Positions 47,184 to 61,200 of a stretch of 64,000 bases of DNA are shown here, in pieces. Each line of letters starts with the position of its first letter. Within the stretch, counting starts at the first letter, position 1. The position numbers and the translations under genes were made by a program. The notes beneath the pieces are model-generated. The model saw only the letters and a list, made by a program, of their open reading frames with translations. It did not search any database and was not told the origin of the DNA. This stretch comes from Mytilus trossulus (Eukaryota). Where the stretch lies: NCBI RefSeq assembly GCF_036588685.1, contig NC_086381.1, forward strand, positions 24,180,001 through 24,244,000, written 5' to 3'.

Positions 47184-47927
47184 TCTATAATACTAAAAAT
47201 TAATTACGAGGTCCAATTTGACAGCCGTCATCACGTAAAAACGACGAATCACAGAATTCAACTTAATATATAACTAATATAGTACAAAGGTATAGATTAA
47301 AAATTACACCACTCCAGGCCCTTTTGTTTTCCACGTAATTAATATTGCCAATAATTAAGAAGTTCCGGGTCGATTCCGATACCGATATCAATAGTATATT
47401 CACCTGTTAACTATTACCTTATCTGTACGTTCCGCATCTGACAGGCGCACCACCAAACGGTGTATTCAGGATTAATATGCTATATACACGGGTCATAATC
47501 ACAGGGTTGACACTACTAAATTTTCAAATTTTACCTTTTGTAGTATTTCAATCAGTAAGACTTTCTAAGATAACAATACGAATACTAAAAATCTGGACTA
47601 AAAATAAGGCGTAAAGGTACGGTTTTCAATTTGTAAGTGGGCATGACGTAAAACAGCGAATCAAAGAATTCAACTTTATTTATAACTAAAATAGGACAAT
47701 GCTGTTGATTAGAAAATACTCCATTTCAGGATCTTTTGTTTTCCAAATAATTAATATTACCAATAATTGATAAGTTCCAGTTCGACGGGTTCAAACAGAA
47801 AGATTTGAAAGCAGAGAAAAACTGTGTAACTTATAATCGGCATGACTTTATCAGATGACAATACTAATACTAAAATGAGGCTTGCGCATAGGAATATACT
47901 TCAATTCAGTCACGGACCCGTGATATC
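47184..47927 (+). mobile_element. Non-autonomous Helitron-like element with an internal duplication
   Basis: A|TCTATAATACTAAAA 5' end. 47214-47370 is repeated at ~47627-47790. GC-rich hairpin tcacggacccgtga near the 3' end; terminal CTAG not seen. Confidence 0.55.
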
Positions 47928-48827
47928 AAATCATCAACAAGTTGTATTTCATTTGCATCTGAGACTACTAGTCTCAGTTTGCATGCAGTTGTATTTTTTT
48001 AATATCGTAGCAACACAATTGGAAGCTTACAATGGTAATATTTAAATGTAAGCCTTAATAGATGTTACTCAACAGGACACACAAACTTTGGAATATTCAT
48101 GGAACCGGAATATTATTAATATAACGGAGCACGAATTAAAGTCTTAGCTTTTTCAATTTCTGTTGAGAAGTCTATATAAAATTATGAATTCTGATTTATA
48201 CTAATAAAAAATAAGTTGAGCACATCTGATTCCCATAGATCTCCCTAGATTGTCGACCAACAACTGTGTTGTCAATCATATCTCGTTATTATTTGGCATG
48301 ATGATCTGCTTGAAGGAATTTATTTATATAGACCCTATATATCAGAGCAAAGTAAGATTTGTTCGTTCGTTATGACAACAGGCTTGAGAATATCCTAGTC
48401 GGCTATATAGCTCTAACTTGAAATTGATTAGATGATTGGAATTTGGATTTTTAACGATGGACTCCAAAATAAATTTGTACATAGAAATCAGTTTAGAACG
48501 TGAACAAAATATTTCTGTATATATGGTAAAGATTGTCATTTAAAACAAATCCAACATCAAGATATCCCTATATCATATATCATATATATTGACGATGACG
48601 ATGCTTGCATGCTTGAGTTTTTTTACTGTTTAGTTGGTACACAGAGATTTTCAATAATTGATAAATATTTTAGTGAAAAATGAGGCGCAAAATAAATTAG
48701 TCAAAATAAGTGTATCAAGGGAAGTTTCAAAATACATCCCGTCCCAATGATTAGAATACAGATACCAATAAATCCTAGAAGATTTCAATCCTGGAATACT
48801 TGTGGTTCTTTAATAAATCGATATCAC

Positions 48828-48965
48828 ATTGGCGGATGCAGGGGGCCGGGTCCGGTGGTTGGAACCCCCCCCCCCCCTTTTTTTTTGGCAGATCAATGCC
48901 TTTGAATGGGGACATATTGTTGGAACCCCCCTTACTCCTCCACAAATAACTTAATTGGTTCTGCC
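48828..48965. mobile_element. Small GC-rich MITE fragment (ggcggatccag family)
   Basis: cattggcggatgcaggggg...aatgcctttgaatggggacata is the inverted counterpart of 50141-50291. Confidence 0.6.
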
Positions 48966-49169
48966 AAAATTGCATTATTTCATGATGTCCTTAAATATTT
49001 CAAGGTAACCCTCAGACCTCCACAATTCAATTTAATATAATTTATTTTCCACTCAACACCAGTTTTACAGTGTAACTTAGAAACTCAAAAAAGGATAGCC
49101 AGAAAAGAAATTTGCGTATGTTTTAATTTTTGCTATATCAAGCAACTACCTTGACTATTCCGATTATCT

Positions 49170-49340
49170 TGGGAGCGGCGGTCTATCCCCCGCCTTCCAA
49201 ATTGGTCAATACACAAATTTGACAGCGGCACTTTGATGTTACTTTTTACCTGCAGTTGAACTTACCTGTTAGTGTGTAAAACGATTTGATTGGTCATTCA
49301 GTGTCATGTGACTTACTGTCATCCGCCATATTGCTCGCCT
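49170..49340. promoter_or_regulatory. Putative (possibly bidirectional) promoter of the NHERF-family gene
   Basis: Local CpG enrichment; ATTGG boxes (49201, 49289); E-box GTCATGTGAC (49303-49312); YY1-like CCGCCATATT (49323-49332); ~85-250 bp upstream of the ATG. Confidence 0.5.
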
Positions 49341-49415
49341 ACCCATTGACACTTTCGCAGGTGGGGATATTTGTAGATTTTTATCAAAAGTTTGTAAAGT
49401 TTCACTTGTTCTAAA

Positions 49416-52400
49416 ATGAGTGATCAGGAAAATAAACCGAGACTTTGTCATTTGTCGAAGTGGCCTGACAATATTTTCCCAGGATATGGTTTTAATTTAC
49501 ATGCGGAAAAGGGAAAAGCAGGGCAGTATATTGGAAAGGTAGACGAAGGGTCCCCTTCAGAAGCGGCAGGATTAAAGGAGAGTGATCGTATTGTTGAAGT
49601 CAATGGAGTTAATATTGGAAACGAAAATCATCAACAAGTTGTCACTCGTATCAAAGCTGGTGGAGAGGAGGTTAAGTTATTAGTTGTCGATGCAGAGACT
49701 GACAGGATTTACAAGGAAAATAAACAGGTTGTTCGCAACGATCTGCCCGAAGTTGTGTATTTAACTTCTATAAGACCACGCCCCGATGAACAAGATAATA
49801 CAGGTGAGCAAGATAGATAATTATTTTTGTTTACTTATTGACATTGTATATATTATTAATGTTTGATTTGCGACAAGTTACAAGAAACATATATAAAGTT
49901 TTAAACTTTGACATATAATTAATGTTTAAAGTTCTTTATATTACCCAAGAATGTTTACATATTTTAGAACCCTACTAAAAGTAATTGCATATTAATTCAG
50001 CAATTATTTCATTATACTAGCTAAATAAAATTACACTAAATGTCTCATAAATTTTAACTGTTTTTATATAAAAGGGATTATTACTCATTTGTTAGGTTCC
50101 CTACATGTACAACATCAGTGTTCTCCGAAGTATAAATACTCAGTGGCGGATCCAGCCATTTGAAAAAGGGGGGGGGGGATCCCAACACAGGAGAAAGGGA
50201 GGTCCACCCATATGTCCCCATTCAAATGCATTGAAAGGCCCCAAAAAAAGGGGGTTCCAACCTCCGGAACCCTCCCCTGGATCCGTCAATGATACTATTT
50301 CAAAAGAGCACCAAAGGACTTGTTATAGCAGTTTCACCAAAGTTTATATAGTACCACATTTAACATGTTTAATATACATCCAATTATCATGTGATTATAT
50401 ATATCTATAGCACCAGTCCTATGATATTACTCAAATTAGTTACATGTATAGTTGTAAGGTAAAAAAACAAATGCCCATCACACTGTATATGTACCCAGAG
50501 ACATACATGTACATGTACATATTACACGTTAGTGCTATAGAACCCTGTGAGAACACAAATACTGTTAAACAAAATTCCAACTTGTGTATTAAATAAAAAT
50601 ACCTACAGTGTATATTGCAGAACATGTACTAATATATTTTATAAGATAAACCATCCAAAGAAATTCTGAAAGGTAATACACATGCATATGTAGTGACAGG
50701 TTTGATGAAGAAAAAAAGGGAATGCTTTTATAACTGAATATATACATTTACATAACTTATAATGTAGGTTTGGCTCATTTTTCATCTTTTTAAATGGCTT
50801 GTAATCAAAATGGTAATTTACTGTGTATTAGTTCTTGTTCTTATATTACAATGTAGGTCTCTGGTGTATACTTGTCTTATTGGCAAAAATATCACAATCT
50901 CCTTATATATATTCATTTTGATTATTGGATACATCTTTGATAAAAACAACATTTTTGTAACAGATGATGTACAAGCAAGTCCAAGAAGTTCTGTTGGGGG
51001 AGAGGAAGATAGAAAGTCTGAAAGGTCAGAGAAGTCTGACCAATCCGAGCCACAGGAACCAGAACCCCAGGAGCCTGAACCAGAGATAGAGCATATCACT
51101 GCTGCCACCAGTGAGATAGAAGTCCAAAGAGAAGAGGAATTAGATTCAGAACATTTACCACGTAACTGCAAAATTACAAAATGGCCAGATTTTCAAGGTT
51201 ATGGCTTCAATTTGCATGCAGAACGTGACCGTGTTGGACAGTTCATTGGCAAAATTGATGATGATTCTCCATCTGAAGAAGCAGGGCTTAGAGAGGGTGA
51301 TAGGATCCTTGAAGTTAATGGAGCAAATATAGAAAATGAAACACATCAGCAGGTGATAGCCAGAATAAAAGCTGGTGGTGACATCACAACGATGTTAGTC
51401 CTGGACAGAGAAGGGGATGACCACTACAAATCTAAAGGGATTACAGTGTCTTCTAACATGTCCATTGTTAAACAGCTGTTTAATCAGCCTAGAGGTAAGC
51501 CTAGTAAACAAATCTCTAAGAGCTGATTTCCATTGCTAGCATTCCTTCAAAGTATATTTGATTTTAATGATGTACAAAATGTAATTTAAAGTCATTTGTT
51601 TAAATGATGAATATCTTAATTTGCATAATATGGCTAAGATAAATGGGATAAATAATAAAATTTACATAAAACTTTTGGTACATGTACATAAATGTAAGTT
51701 AGAAAAATGTAAGTGATACAATTTCAATGAGGTACAGTATACACATTTACTTTGTCAGTTTAAACAATGTACATGTAGGGGTCTAGGGAATGACATATAT
51801 GCACAATCACTCAATCAGTGTATGGTAATCATGTTTTTTTTCTGGCTTTCAAAAGTAAATGCCTTTGCAATGTACCAGATACAATATAAAAATACATATA
51901 AGGGTTGAAATGGGGCACCTGGTACTCCACACGACAAAGGACGTTGAAATATTTATAAAAATAACATTTACTCCATTTGATGCTTAAAAAATTGTTTGAC
52001 ACTGAACGAGCATTCCCACCCTCCCATATGTTCAACTTATGAATTAAAAATGAAAACTGTGTAACATTTAATTGCTGAACACTTTTTGATACATTCTGTA
52101 CAGTATTACAATGTTAAGGAGTGACTTATGCGTTCCAATTTATGATACTTTGGGTTTTAGAAATGCCTCAGTTGATACTCATTCTTTGATCAGACACCTC
52201 GACTATTTTCTTCCTTGTTGAAGAAGTTATGAAGTTTGAAAACAAGCTTACACAAGATTAAAATTTTATCAACATAATAAATAAAATAAACTAAATTTAA
52301 ATGCTGCTTTTATCATTTGTATTTAGTTCATGTTTTGAAAAATAACATTTTTTTACTTGGATGAATGAATTTTAATTATAAATGAACATTTACCTGTTGG

Positions 52401-55400
52401 CTGAAAAGTTATTTACCTTTAACAGGTAACTTTCTGTCAATTCAGCCATAATTATGTCTTTAATCTGTATGTTTGGCAATACAACACCTTTTTTGATGGA
52501 TTTATGTGTGGAGAATTATATAGAGGTGTTTGTAATAAGACTGGAATTTTTAAACCTGTCTTTAAAGAATACACGAACATTTAGATTTATAGGTCACAAG
52601 CATTTACATGTACATGTACAATTGTATATAATATATACAATGGTTAACTTTTACAAATTGCGACTTGGATGGAGAGTGGTCTCATTGGCACTCATACATT
52701 ATCTTCTTATATATCTATGTACACAGAATAAGCATATATAAGGTGCCATGCATAAATGGGTTCATCATCATTTATTGGTATGGTCAATTTATATAAATAT
52801 AAACATGTAAAATTCAGAGCATATATTATATACATGAATGACATGTTGCACAGACTAGGAAATTGAATAGTTGTCATCCTTTGGTCTTTTGAGTTTTCTC
52901 ATTGGCAATAAAGGCAAGACATTTATCTGTGTCAACAAATTATTTATAGGAAAAAGTTATTTAAAGAAAGATGGCTCTTAGTTGCATTTTTAACCTACAT
53001 GTATACTCCAACTTACATTTAACTGTGTGGATCATCGATACATTGTTTGTGACTGGAACTATAATAGTGGCGCATTTGGAAATTGTCAGAAGGGGAGCTT
53101 AGTGGGTAGTGACAGACTCAATAGGGGGCCCACTCAAGACATCCTTCAGTGATTCTCTAAATAATCAATGAAAGTTTTCATACAAATGGAGGGCCCAGGC
53201 CGTCTTTAAAACACTATAAATTTGTCTGTGCAGAAGGATGATGCACAACAATTTGTTGACGAGCGTCATGATGCAATTTTAAGTGCATTTTTAAGGTATA
53301 ATTTGGGTATAACTTATTTTTACGAGAAGTTTGTTTGTACAAGCAATTTATTCATTGACCACTTATTTCACTACTTAATCCTCTTAATATAAGGAACTTT
53401 GAACAGGATATTTATAAGTGGTTGTCAGTTTTAAGTGTTTGTGGTGACTTTTTCACACTTCCCTGCATTAGCTGTACATGTGTTCATTGTGTGTACAAAC
53501 ACATATTATTTATAATAAGAATGTGTCCCCAGTACACAAATGCCCCACTCGCACTATCATTTTCTTAGTGTTTAGTGGACCGTGACATTGGGGTAAAAAC
53601 TCTAATTCAATGGCATTAAAATATGAAGAGATCATATCATAGGGAACATGTGTATATACATTGTACTAAGTTTGAAGTTGATTGCAGTTCAACTTCATCA
53701 AGAACTACCTTTACCAAAAACTCTAACCTGAAGTAGGACAGACAAACGGAGGAACGAACGTACAGACAAACAGATGTACAGACCAGAAAACATAATAACC
53801 CTCTACTATCGATTAAAACATCAATTTAATTGCAAGACCCTGTAGAGAATAGTTGTGTTAACTCTTCAATCTTCAATAAACAAAATATGTTGAGTATGTA
53901 AAATGTACATGTAAAATGTGTGATATTTGCTGCTGAACACAAACCAACAACTGTAAATCATAAACTACAATGTATGTAAATGTAGCTCTTTATAAAAGGA
54001 TGGCATGAGTTTAGATCACATGATTAAGTTCTTTTAGCAATTTACAATGTCTATAAATAGACGATAAAATAATCCTCTGGTTTTGACAAATCCTATTTAA
54101 TTTTCCTAAAATAAAGGTATTACACAATATATATTTTAGACCTCTGATGAATCATGGTAAGGTTCAATAATCAAGTGACAGTAATTTTTTTCAATTTGTC
54201 AATAACAGTAGTCAAAAATGACCATGTTCATGTGCTGGTCTCAATTCAGCAATATCACTTGTGTTGAATGTAGTTAAATGTAAGTATACTGTGTAGGTAA
54301 CAAGTAGATATAGGTTATAGTTTATTTTTAGACTGCATATTGGCCTATTGACTCTAGATGTACTTTTTGGTGTCTTGGGTTGATGTCCAATATATATTTC
54401 TCTTTACAATGCATTGTATACTCACGATTTTATAATGTACTTCTCAATTGTAGGTGTAAGCAATGGTGTACAAGCTGTTGAAGAAATCACAAATGTTAGG
54501 AATCAGGAGGAAGATATATCACCGGATTATTATCCACGTTTGTGTCATATCAAAAAGTGGGCTGATTTTCAGGGATATGGATTTAATTTACACGCTGAAA
54601 GAGACAGGAAAGGCCAGTTTATTGGTCAGATTGATGCTGGTTCACCAGCTGATGCCGGGGGATTAAAAGATGGAGATAGAATTATCGAAGTTAACGGGGA
54701 AAATGTGGAAGATGATTCACATCAACAAGTGATACAAAGGATTAAAGCTGGTGGAGACCAAACAAAAATGTTAGTGTTGGACAGATCAGCTGATGATTAT
54801 TTCAGAGCAAAAGGAATTAATGTTAATGGTAGAATGTCCAATGTTAAAAATATTACTACTCCTGAGAGAAGTAAGTACATGTATACTGGCCTTATCATCA
54901 GGTACAAAAAAAGCATTTAATACTAACTAAGGCCAAAAAATAATGATGTCCCTACATGTATATGATTCCAAAAGAAATCTTTAAAACAGAAATTGCAATT
55001 GAGTGTTGTTAGATTTTTGATGCAAAGCATGAATGCACAATTAACATGATTAATAAGAATTTATAGGTCACATTTAAAGCCTTCAACATTGAGAAAACCC
55101 CATACTAATAGTCTGCTACAGAAGTAAAGTATGTTAAAAATGATTCATGGCCTAAATTTTTTTTAAATCAAATATCGCAGACATGAACCAAAGACAAATA
55201 CTGAATTACAGCCTGACTTGGGACAGGCACATGTATTATGTGGCAGGATGAAATTTGTTGGTGAGTGTTAAACCCTGTCCCCTTCCCTTCTTTGCAGTTC
55301 AGCATATTATATTCATTTCTTACTTTTCAGACATGAAAAATACTTGCAGTAAACATAATAATTGACAAGAGAACCCCCCCCCCCCCCCCTCCAAAAATAA

Positions 55401-58223
55401 AAAGTCAAAAGGTTGAATAAACATGATAAAGAAAGTTCAAGAGCTTTGAGGACCTTCAGAGCACCTATTTTAAAAAAGTTACTAAATGTACCAACCACCA
55501 AGGAGTTTTCAAATCAAAGAACAAAAACACAACTTCTAATTCGGATAATTAGAAAAATCATAACTTAGATTTAGTCTAAGGGTTTCTGTGACATGTGTGT
55601 GCAGAATGAATTACACTTGTTATCTCACTTAGGCTTTTTCAGTGCATCTATAGTCAGAAGACTAACTTTATATACAAAGTTACTGGATAAATATGATAAC
55701 ATAGTGACTAAGTCATGAATTTTTTATTTTTTTCTTATATTTGAATTTTCTTCTGTTTTTTGTAGGCTCACAAGTAAATGGTACATCTTCAAATGTAACT
55801 AATAATGTAAGTATTTTTTATGTTGTCCTGCAGGGTTTACGATACATGTAGGTTTTTCTGTGGTGCCTTTAAGGACTGAGTGATTAGAATTACAAAACTT
55901 GAAGTACAATGTAGTCGCAAGAAACGAAAAAAATACAAATGTGCAACTAAAAACTGTCAAACAAAAAAACAACATAATTTTTCTATTGTATATTACATTA
56001 TGTTTACTGTACATCTTGTACATGTGTTATGTGACTGTAATACATAAGCATCTAGGACCTAAACTGTAAACATACTATTGGACTGTCATCCTAAAATGTA
56101 CATTGTGATAGATTGTAATGCTGTTTTGTTGCAATGTCTTTGATTAAATAAGATTAAGAAAAACGACTCAAAGATGATCAGTGAGATTTTACAAATTCAG
56201 CAAACATGGACATTAACAGACATGACAGAGCACAGTGGTTTTCCAACAAATATAACATCATGGTGCCTATACATTGTACATGCTACTATAAGATCACCCA
56301 AAATAGCACCAGGGTACCTGCACAGTGCTTTATGGCAGTGGAGAAAACACTGAGATCCACTCACAATCTTTATCTAAATACACATTTTCAAAATACATGT
56401 AGTTATAAATTCTTAATGATGAAGGCATGTACTTAAACAGTTTGGCAAAACACTAATTGGTGATAAGATGAACATTTGTAAATTTATATTTTGTAATGAA
56501 CATGTATTAATCTGTGTACATGTACTTTAGCCTTTCATTTGACATTTCTCATTATATCCTATTAAAGGTTAATAAATTCCAACACTTCACTGTCACAAGA
56601 CGGATATTTGTATAAAACATGACTAGGTTATTGGCTAGATTTACCCTGGAGCTTGTGGTAACATAATACATATAAATTATTGTCAGATGCAAGAAAACCT
56701 GAAACATTTAATTTTCTTTCTTTGATGTAAAATTCTGTTATTGAACAATCCTCAAGTTCATCTTCTCTATGAAAGCATTATGTTGAATTACCTATATATA
56801 TACATGTAGATTTTTAAAAATATTTTTTGCTTGTATTCACATGTATTTTGTGATCATGAGCAATGTGCTTGGGATAGTTTTCCTTGAGTCTTAAGAAGAG
56901 ATTTTTGCCTTTCCTGTAGACTTGTTATTTGTCAGCCTGTATATTATACAAATGAACATGTACATATATGTATGGTCAAAAAAAGTCTATTTAATTTCAA
57001 ATTTTCATTGGTATGACCATGATGACAGTTGGTAAAAGATGCAATTTTGAAAGGGCTAATTAAAAATTTATATGGGTTAATTGCTTATTGGTTGCATAAC
57101 TCCCAGTGGCAAATATTTCCTGCATAATAGTACAAGACTAAGTTAGCAATGCATTTAGATCTTATGATCTGCAATGAGTGAAGACAACAAGTTTTTTTTT
57201 ACTACCTTGATTACCCATGAGGGACATTGATATTGTTTGCCTTAAATTAGTGGAGAATAAAGGCTTTTTCCCCTGGAGAAAAATCACAATTCGAAAAAAA
57301 ATGGCTTAAAATGATTCCCAAAGACAACTTTTTTCCCAAACAGTGCAGTCTCAGCAGTAATTGTGCATGAATACACACCGAAAAACACTCATTTGAACAA
57401 TTTTCTTGCCTATAATGACTATATGTGTACATCTGAGGGTCTATTTATGTATCATCACTCACAAAATGGAATCTTATTTTAAAGCAGGGTTTGACTCTTG
57501 AATATGGGTCTGTAAATTAAAGTTTCAGTCAAATTCATGGTTTATTTTAAATTTCCCAATTTGATGAAAACGTCGCATATTTTCCCAACAAAAAAGGGTA
57601 GAGGTAGTTTTGAAAAAAGCCAACAATATCACTACAGGGTCTTGCACGGTCAGTGCAATGAGTGTGGGCAAATAGATCACACTAAATATTTTTTTTGCTC
57701 CACCAACATTAGTAGCTATATATAGAGGGCCATTATGTTTTTCATGTCTGTGGTTCATTCATCCATCTGTCCCACTTCAGGTTAAAGTTTTTTGTCAAGG
57801 TAGTTTTTGATGAAGTCCAATCAACTTGAAACTTGTACACATATTGCCAAATTAGAGTTTTGACAGGCTGTCTCTTTGGCATGTTGACCATTTCCATTGT
57901 CCATTTCCATATTTTATTTTAACACTTATCTCAATAAGATTATAAGTCAGGTTACCTCAAATGTATTCTTATTATTGTTCATGCTTTAACTCTGTTTTAT
58001 CCAGGCTTCACCTGTCTCCAATTCATCATACCAAACAGGCTACGTAGCACCCAAACAGGAACCTGTATCCAGACCACCACCAACATCAAGCAACGGTGGA
58101 GTCGACTTTACAAAATTATCAGCAAAAGAAATGAGAGAATTAGTGGCTTCCAAGAAAAAGAAAGATCCTAGAAAAGAAAACACAGACTTTAGAAGGAAAT
58201 ATGATGAATTTAATAAGCTGTGA
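49416..58223 (+). CDS. NHERF/EBP50-family PDZ scaffold (3 PDZ domains + ERM-binding-type C-terminus), 531 aa
   Basis: Exons 49416-49803, 50964-51494, 54454-54870, 55766-55806, 58005-58223 (GT-AG, phases 1,1,1,0). Each PDZ: PRxCxxxKW..[11 protein letters not shown]..GQ(F/Y)IG..SP...GL..DRI.EVNG.N....HQQV..RIKAGG. C-terminus [34 protein letters not shown]. Confidence 0.93.
50141..50291. mobile_element. 151-bp MITE
   Basis: atact|CAGTGGCGGATCCAG ... CTGGATCCGTCAATG|atact. Confidence 0.8.
53514..53815 (+). mobile_element. DINE/HINE (pearl-like, Helentron-associated) non-autonomous element
   Basis: aataagaatgtgtcccc...atgcccc start, core, degenerate (gaca/acgg) microsatellite, aaaacataataaccctctactatc end; inverted fragment at ~57700-57850. 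Confidence 0.65.
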
Positions 58224-61200
58224 AAAAACAAATTATACAATAATCAAATATATATCCAATTAATATATATGTGAGTTCCAATGCAAGTCAGTGATGGGTT
58301 ACAATCAAGTATTCATTCCTGATAAACATTCCGTTCTGTTCCAGGTGATTTAATAGTCTAGAAGATGATTTATTACAGAGAGAATGTAAATTGTGCTGTA
58401 TGATTGACATTTTATAATCAACCTGACTCTACAAAGTAGAGCTATTGTGACTTCATTCCCATTACCATACTTGTATGTTTCATATACATGTATATTATTC
58501 AAGACCAGGAGCTTGGATGTCTAGAATGATGGGGAATGTAATTGTGGACAAAATGAATTTTCTGAATGTTACAAATGATTTGGCATGAATAATCTGTAAA
58601 TTTACTAAAAATTGTACAATTCATTTCACAATATTTTGGCAACTTTTTTTTATTGTTTAAAATAAAATTCTTAAAACTTAATAGTTTGAAATCAAATGTG
58701 AAATCTTGTAATAATTCTATAATGTTCGACTCAGGAAATAAAATGCCTTCTTTGAATTGTGTTACCAAAGTATTAAATTTTACTCTGTCACATATATTGT
58801 TTAAGGATTAACATATTTCTAATTCATTAAGAGGTTGTGAATAAAGTCAGATATTATACTAATAAACTATTTACATTTATGTAAGTAATTTAATGGCATC
58901 TCCTTGCATTAAACTAATGCATGCTTGATCTTTTCAAGATAGAAAACTAACATCACTTGCTTATTTATAATTTACAATAATTGATTTAGTGCTAAATTGT
59001 TTAAATGTTATATTGTGTTTGCTCAAGAGGATATCTGGCATTGTTTATCAAATCTCACTGTTTTCATTCAATTGATCGATACACTTACTTTTGTTTGAAA
59101 TTTGTTGAATTCAAAAACAATTCTCAGAATGTCAAGATTGAATTTCAGTTGGAATTATACAAAATCAATCCAATAAATTTGCATCATTGTAAAAGTTAAC
59201 ATGGTTAAAGAATAGATTTACTGTTTAGGAATAGTCTCACTAAATTTGACGAAGTTTATAATTTTGGTCAATGATATAAGATTTGAAGATGCTTATTATT
59301 AAGATGATAATTGGAAAAATAAAATATTTTGTGATAATACCATTGTCTCAGTTGTTCATATAAAAAATGATATTTTTATTCTGTTATATTTTTATACATA
59401 TATATGGGATTATTATGGTATAAATGTAATTTCCAGATGCCATTGAAAGAAATATATTGCAAGTAAAGCCTCTCTTTCATCAACTCTGCTTAATGGTTTG
59501 TTTTTATGAAATCATTTCCAAAATAATGCACCTGTTTCTTCTATATCAGTTTGATTTTCAAAACAAGAGCCTTTGTAATGTTTCATTGTTCAAAGGATAC
59601 TTGGGACAGACAAGTGTTCACATTTTCAACCACACCTCAGAAAAACAGATACAAATGATCTTGATTATCAGTATTGTAGAGAAGTCCCTTAAAATTGAAA
59701 ATTTTTGTGATGTGCCCTAAGAACTATACTAACACACAATTTTACTGGGTGACTGATTCCATTTAGAAATGAAGTTCAAAACTTAGCCCTGAAGGTTTTT
59801 AAAATTATTGACGATATGGTATCAATACTTTACTTAGATGTGGAATTATTTTTATCAATACATACCTTAAAAGTATTAAGATATGAAATATTTGTATTAC
59901 AACCCAGATATTATTGCTCTTAAAATTTGTGATAAGAAAAATCAATAGAAACAACTGATTAAAATGTCTACTTTACCTGTTGCTTGGATGAGATAACATT
60001 TCATTTTTGGTTAGAACTCTTAACATTGTAATAATCTTTCTCCTGGCAATAAAGGTATCAATTTAAGGAGCTTCAAAAGCTTATTGCCTCTTAAATATTT
60101 TAATTTAGAAAATGAGATTTCATCAAAATTGAACTTTTCTGATACTGGCTAGAACAGAAAATTAGTTGGATCAGATTATTTTATAGAGTTGAGTTGTAAT
60201 ACATATGTACTGCTGTTAATACTTTTTAAAGGGTAAATAAAAGTTGAAAGTTTTGAACTTTATTTTTCTGTCATTATGCCAACTAACTAAAGTTGAAATA
60301 TCATTTTGAGAAGTACTATATTATATATCTATGACCAAGAGATTTTCAAAGGACCATGAATTATTTGCAATGGCTCGGTTTAAAAATAAACTTGAAATAA
60401 ATGACAAATAAAAAATTAATGGAAGGTTATTTGTCATAAAGAGGATCTTTTGAGATGAGCAGTTGAGCATATGATAACTAACAACTGATTCATACATGAA
60501 TAGTGCTACCATACATGTAAATGTTATATTTATTTAAGAGGTATTAAATTTGTTTTTTTTATATTTAATAATGATTTTGCTTAAGCAGCAATTTTACTAA
60601 GAATGGTTTAGTATTCTTCCAATTATGCAAATTAAATGCAATACAAACATCGAAAATTTAGAAGATGCAAATCCAATTATGGGGGACTTTTGCATACTTT
60701 TTAAATTGTCTGTATTTGGACCATAATTCACTTAATCTGATGTTTCAGCTTACTAATTTAAATATATAATTTATCATTTGAACTGGCATTGGGAGTCCAC
60801 TTAAATCAAATGTCCATCCTGAGAACAAATGTATGTTCTTTCTACATGTGTGTATTTCACTTCCTTGTATGGATATAATGATATCATGTGACCACATTTC
60901 TGTACTTTCATTTTCATGGGTATATGATGTGCCAGTTTATTGCCTTTTAGTATAGAGGTTATTTGTCCAGAGTAAAATGTGATACATTGTATATAGATAT
61001 ATTAACAGTTTATGCTATAGAGTGTATATAATATTAAAGATATAGAGTTTTTTATATACACATGTTATATTGATTCTGCTTTATTCCAAAAAAAAATAGA
61101 CCGTGTGGTTCACATATCTTCACCTTGTGTGTATTGATCAACTAGTGTGTATGTGTATATGTTGGACATGCTTATTAGGTGCAATTCAATTGTTATTATT

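Noticed and set aside
50810-50963. Hydrophobic N-terminus of the 238-aa PDZ ORF as a membrane anchor
   Set aside because: It is T-rich intron sequence upstream of the acceptor at 50963.
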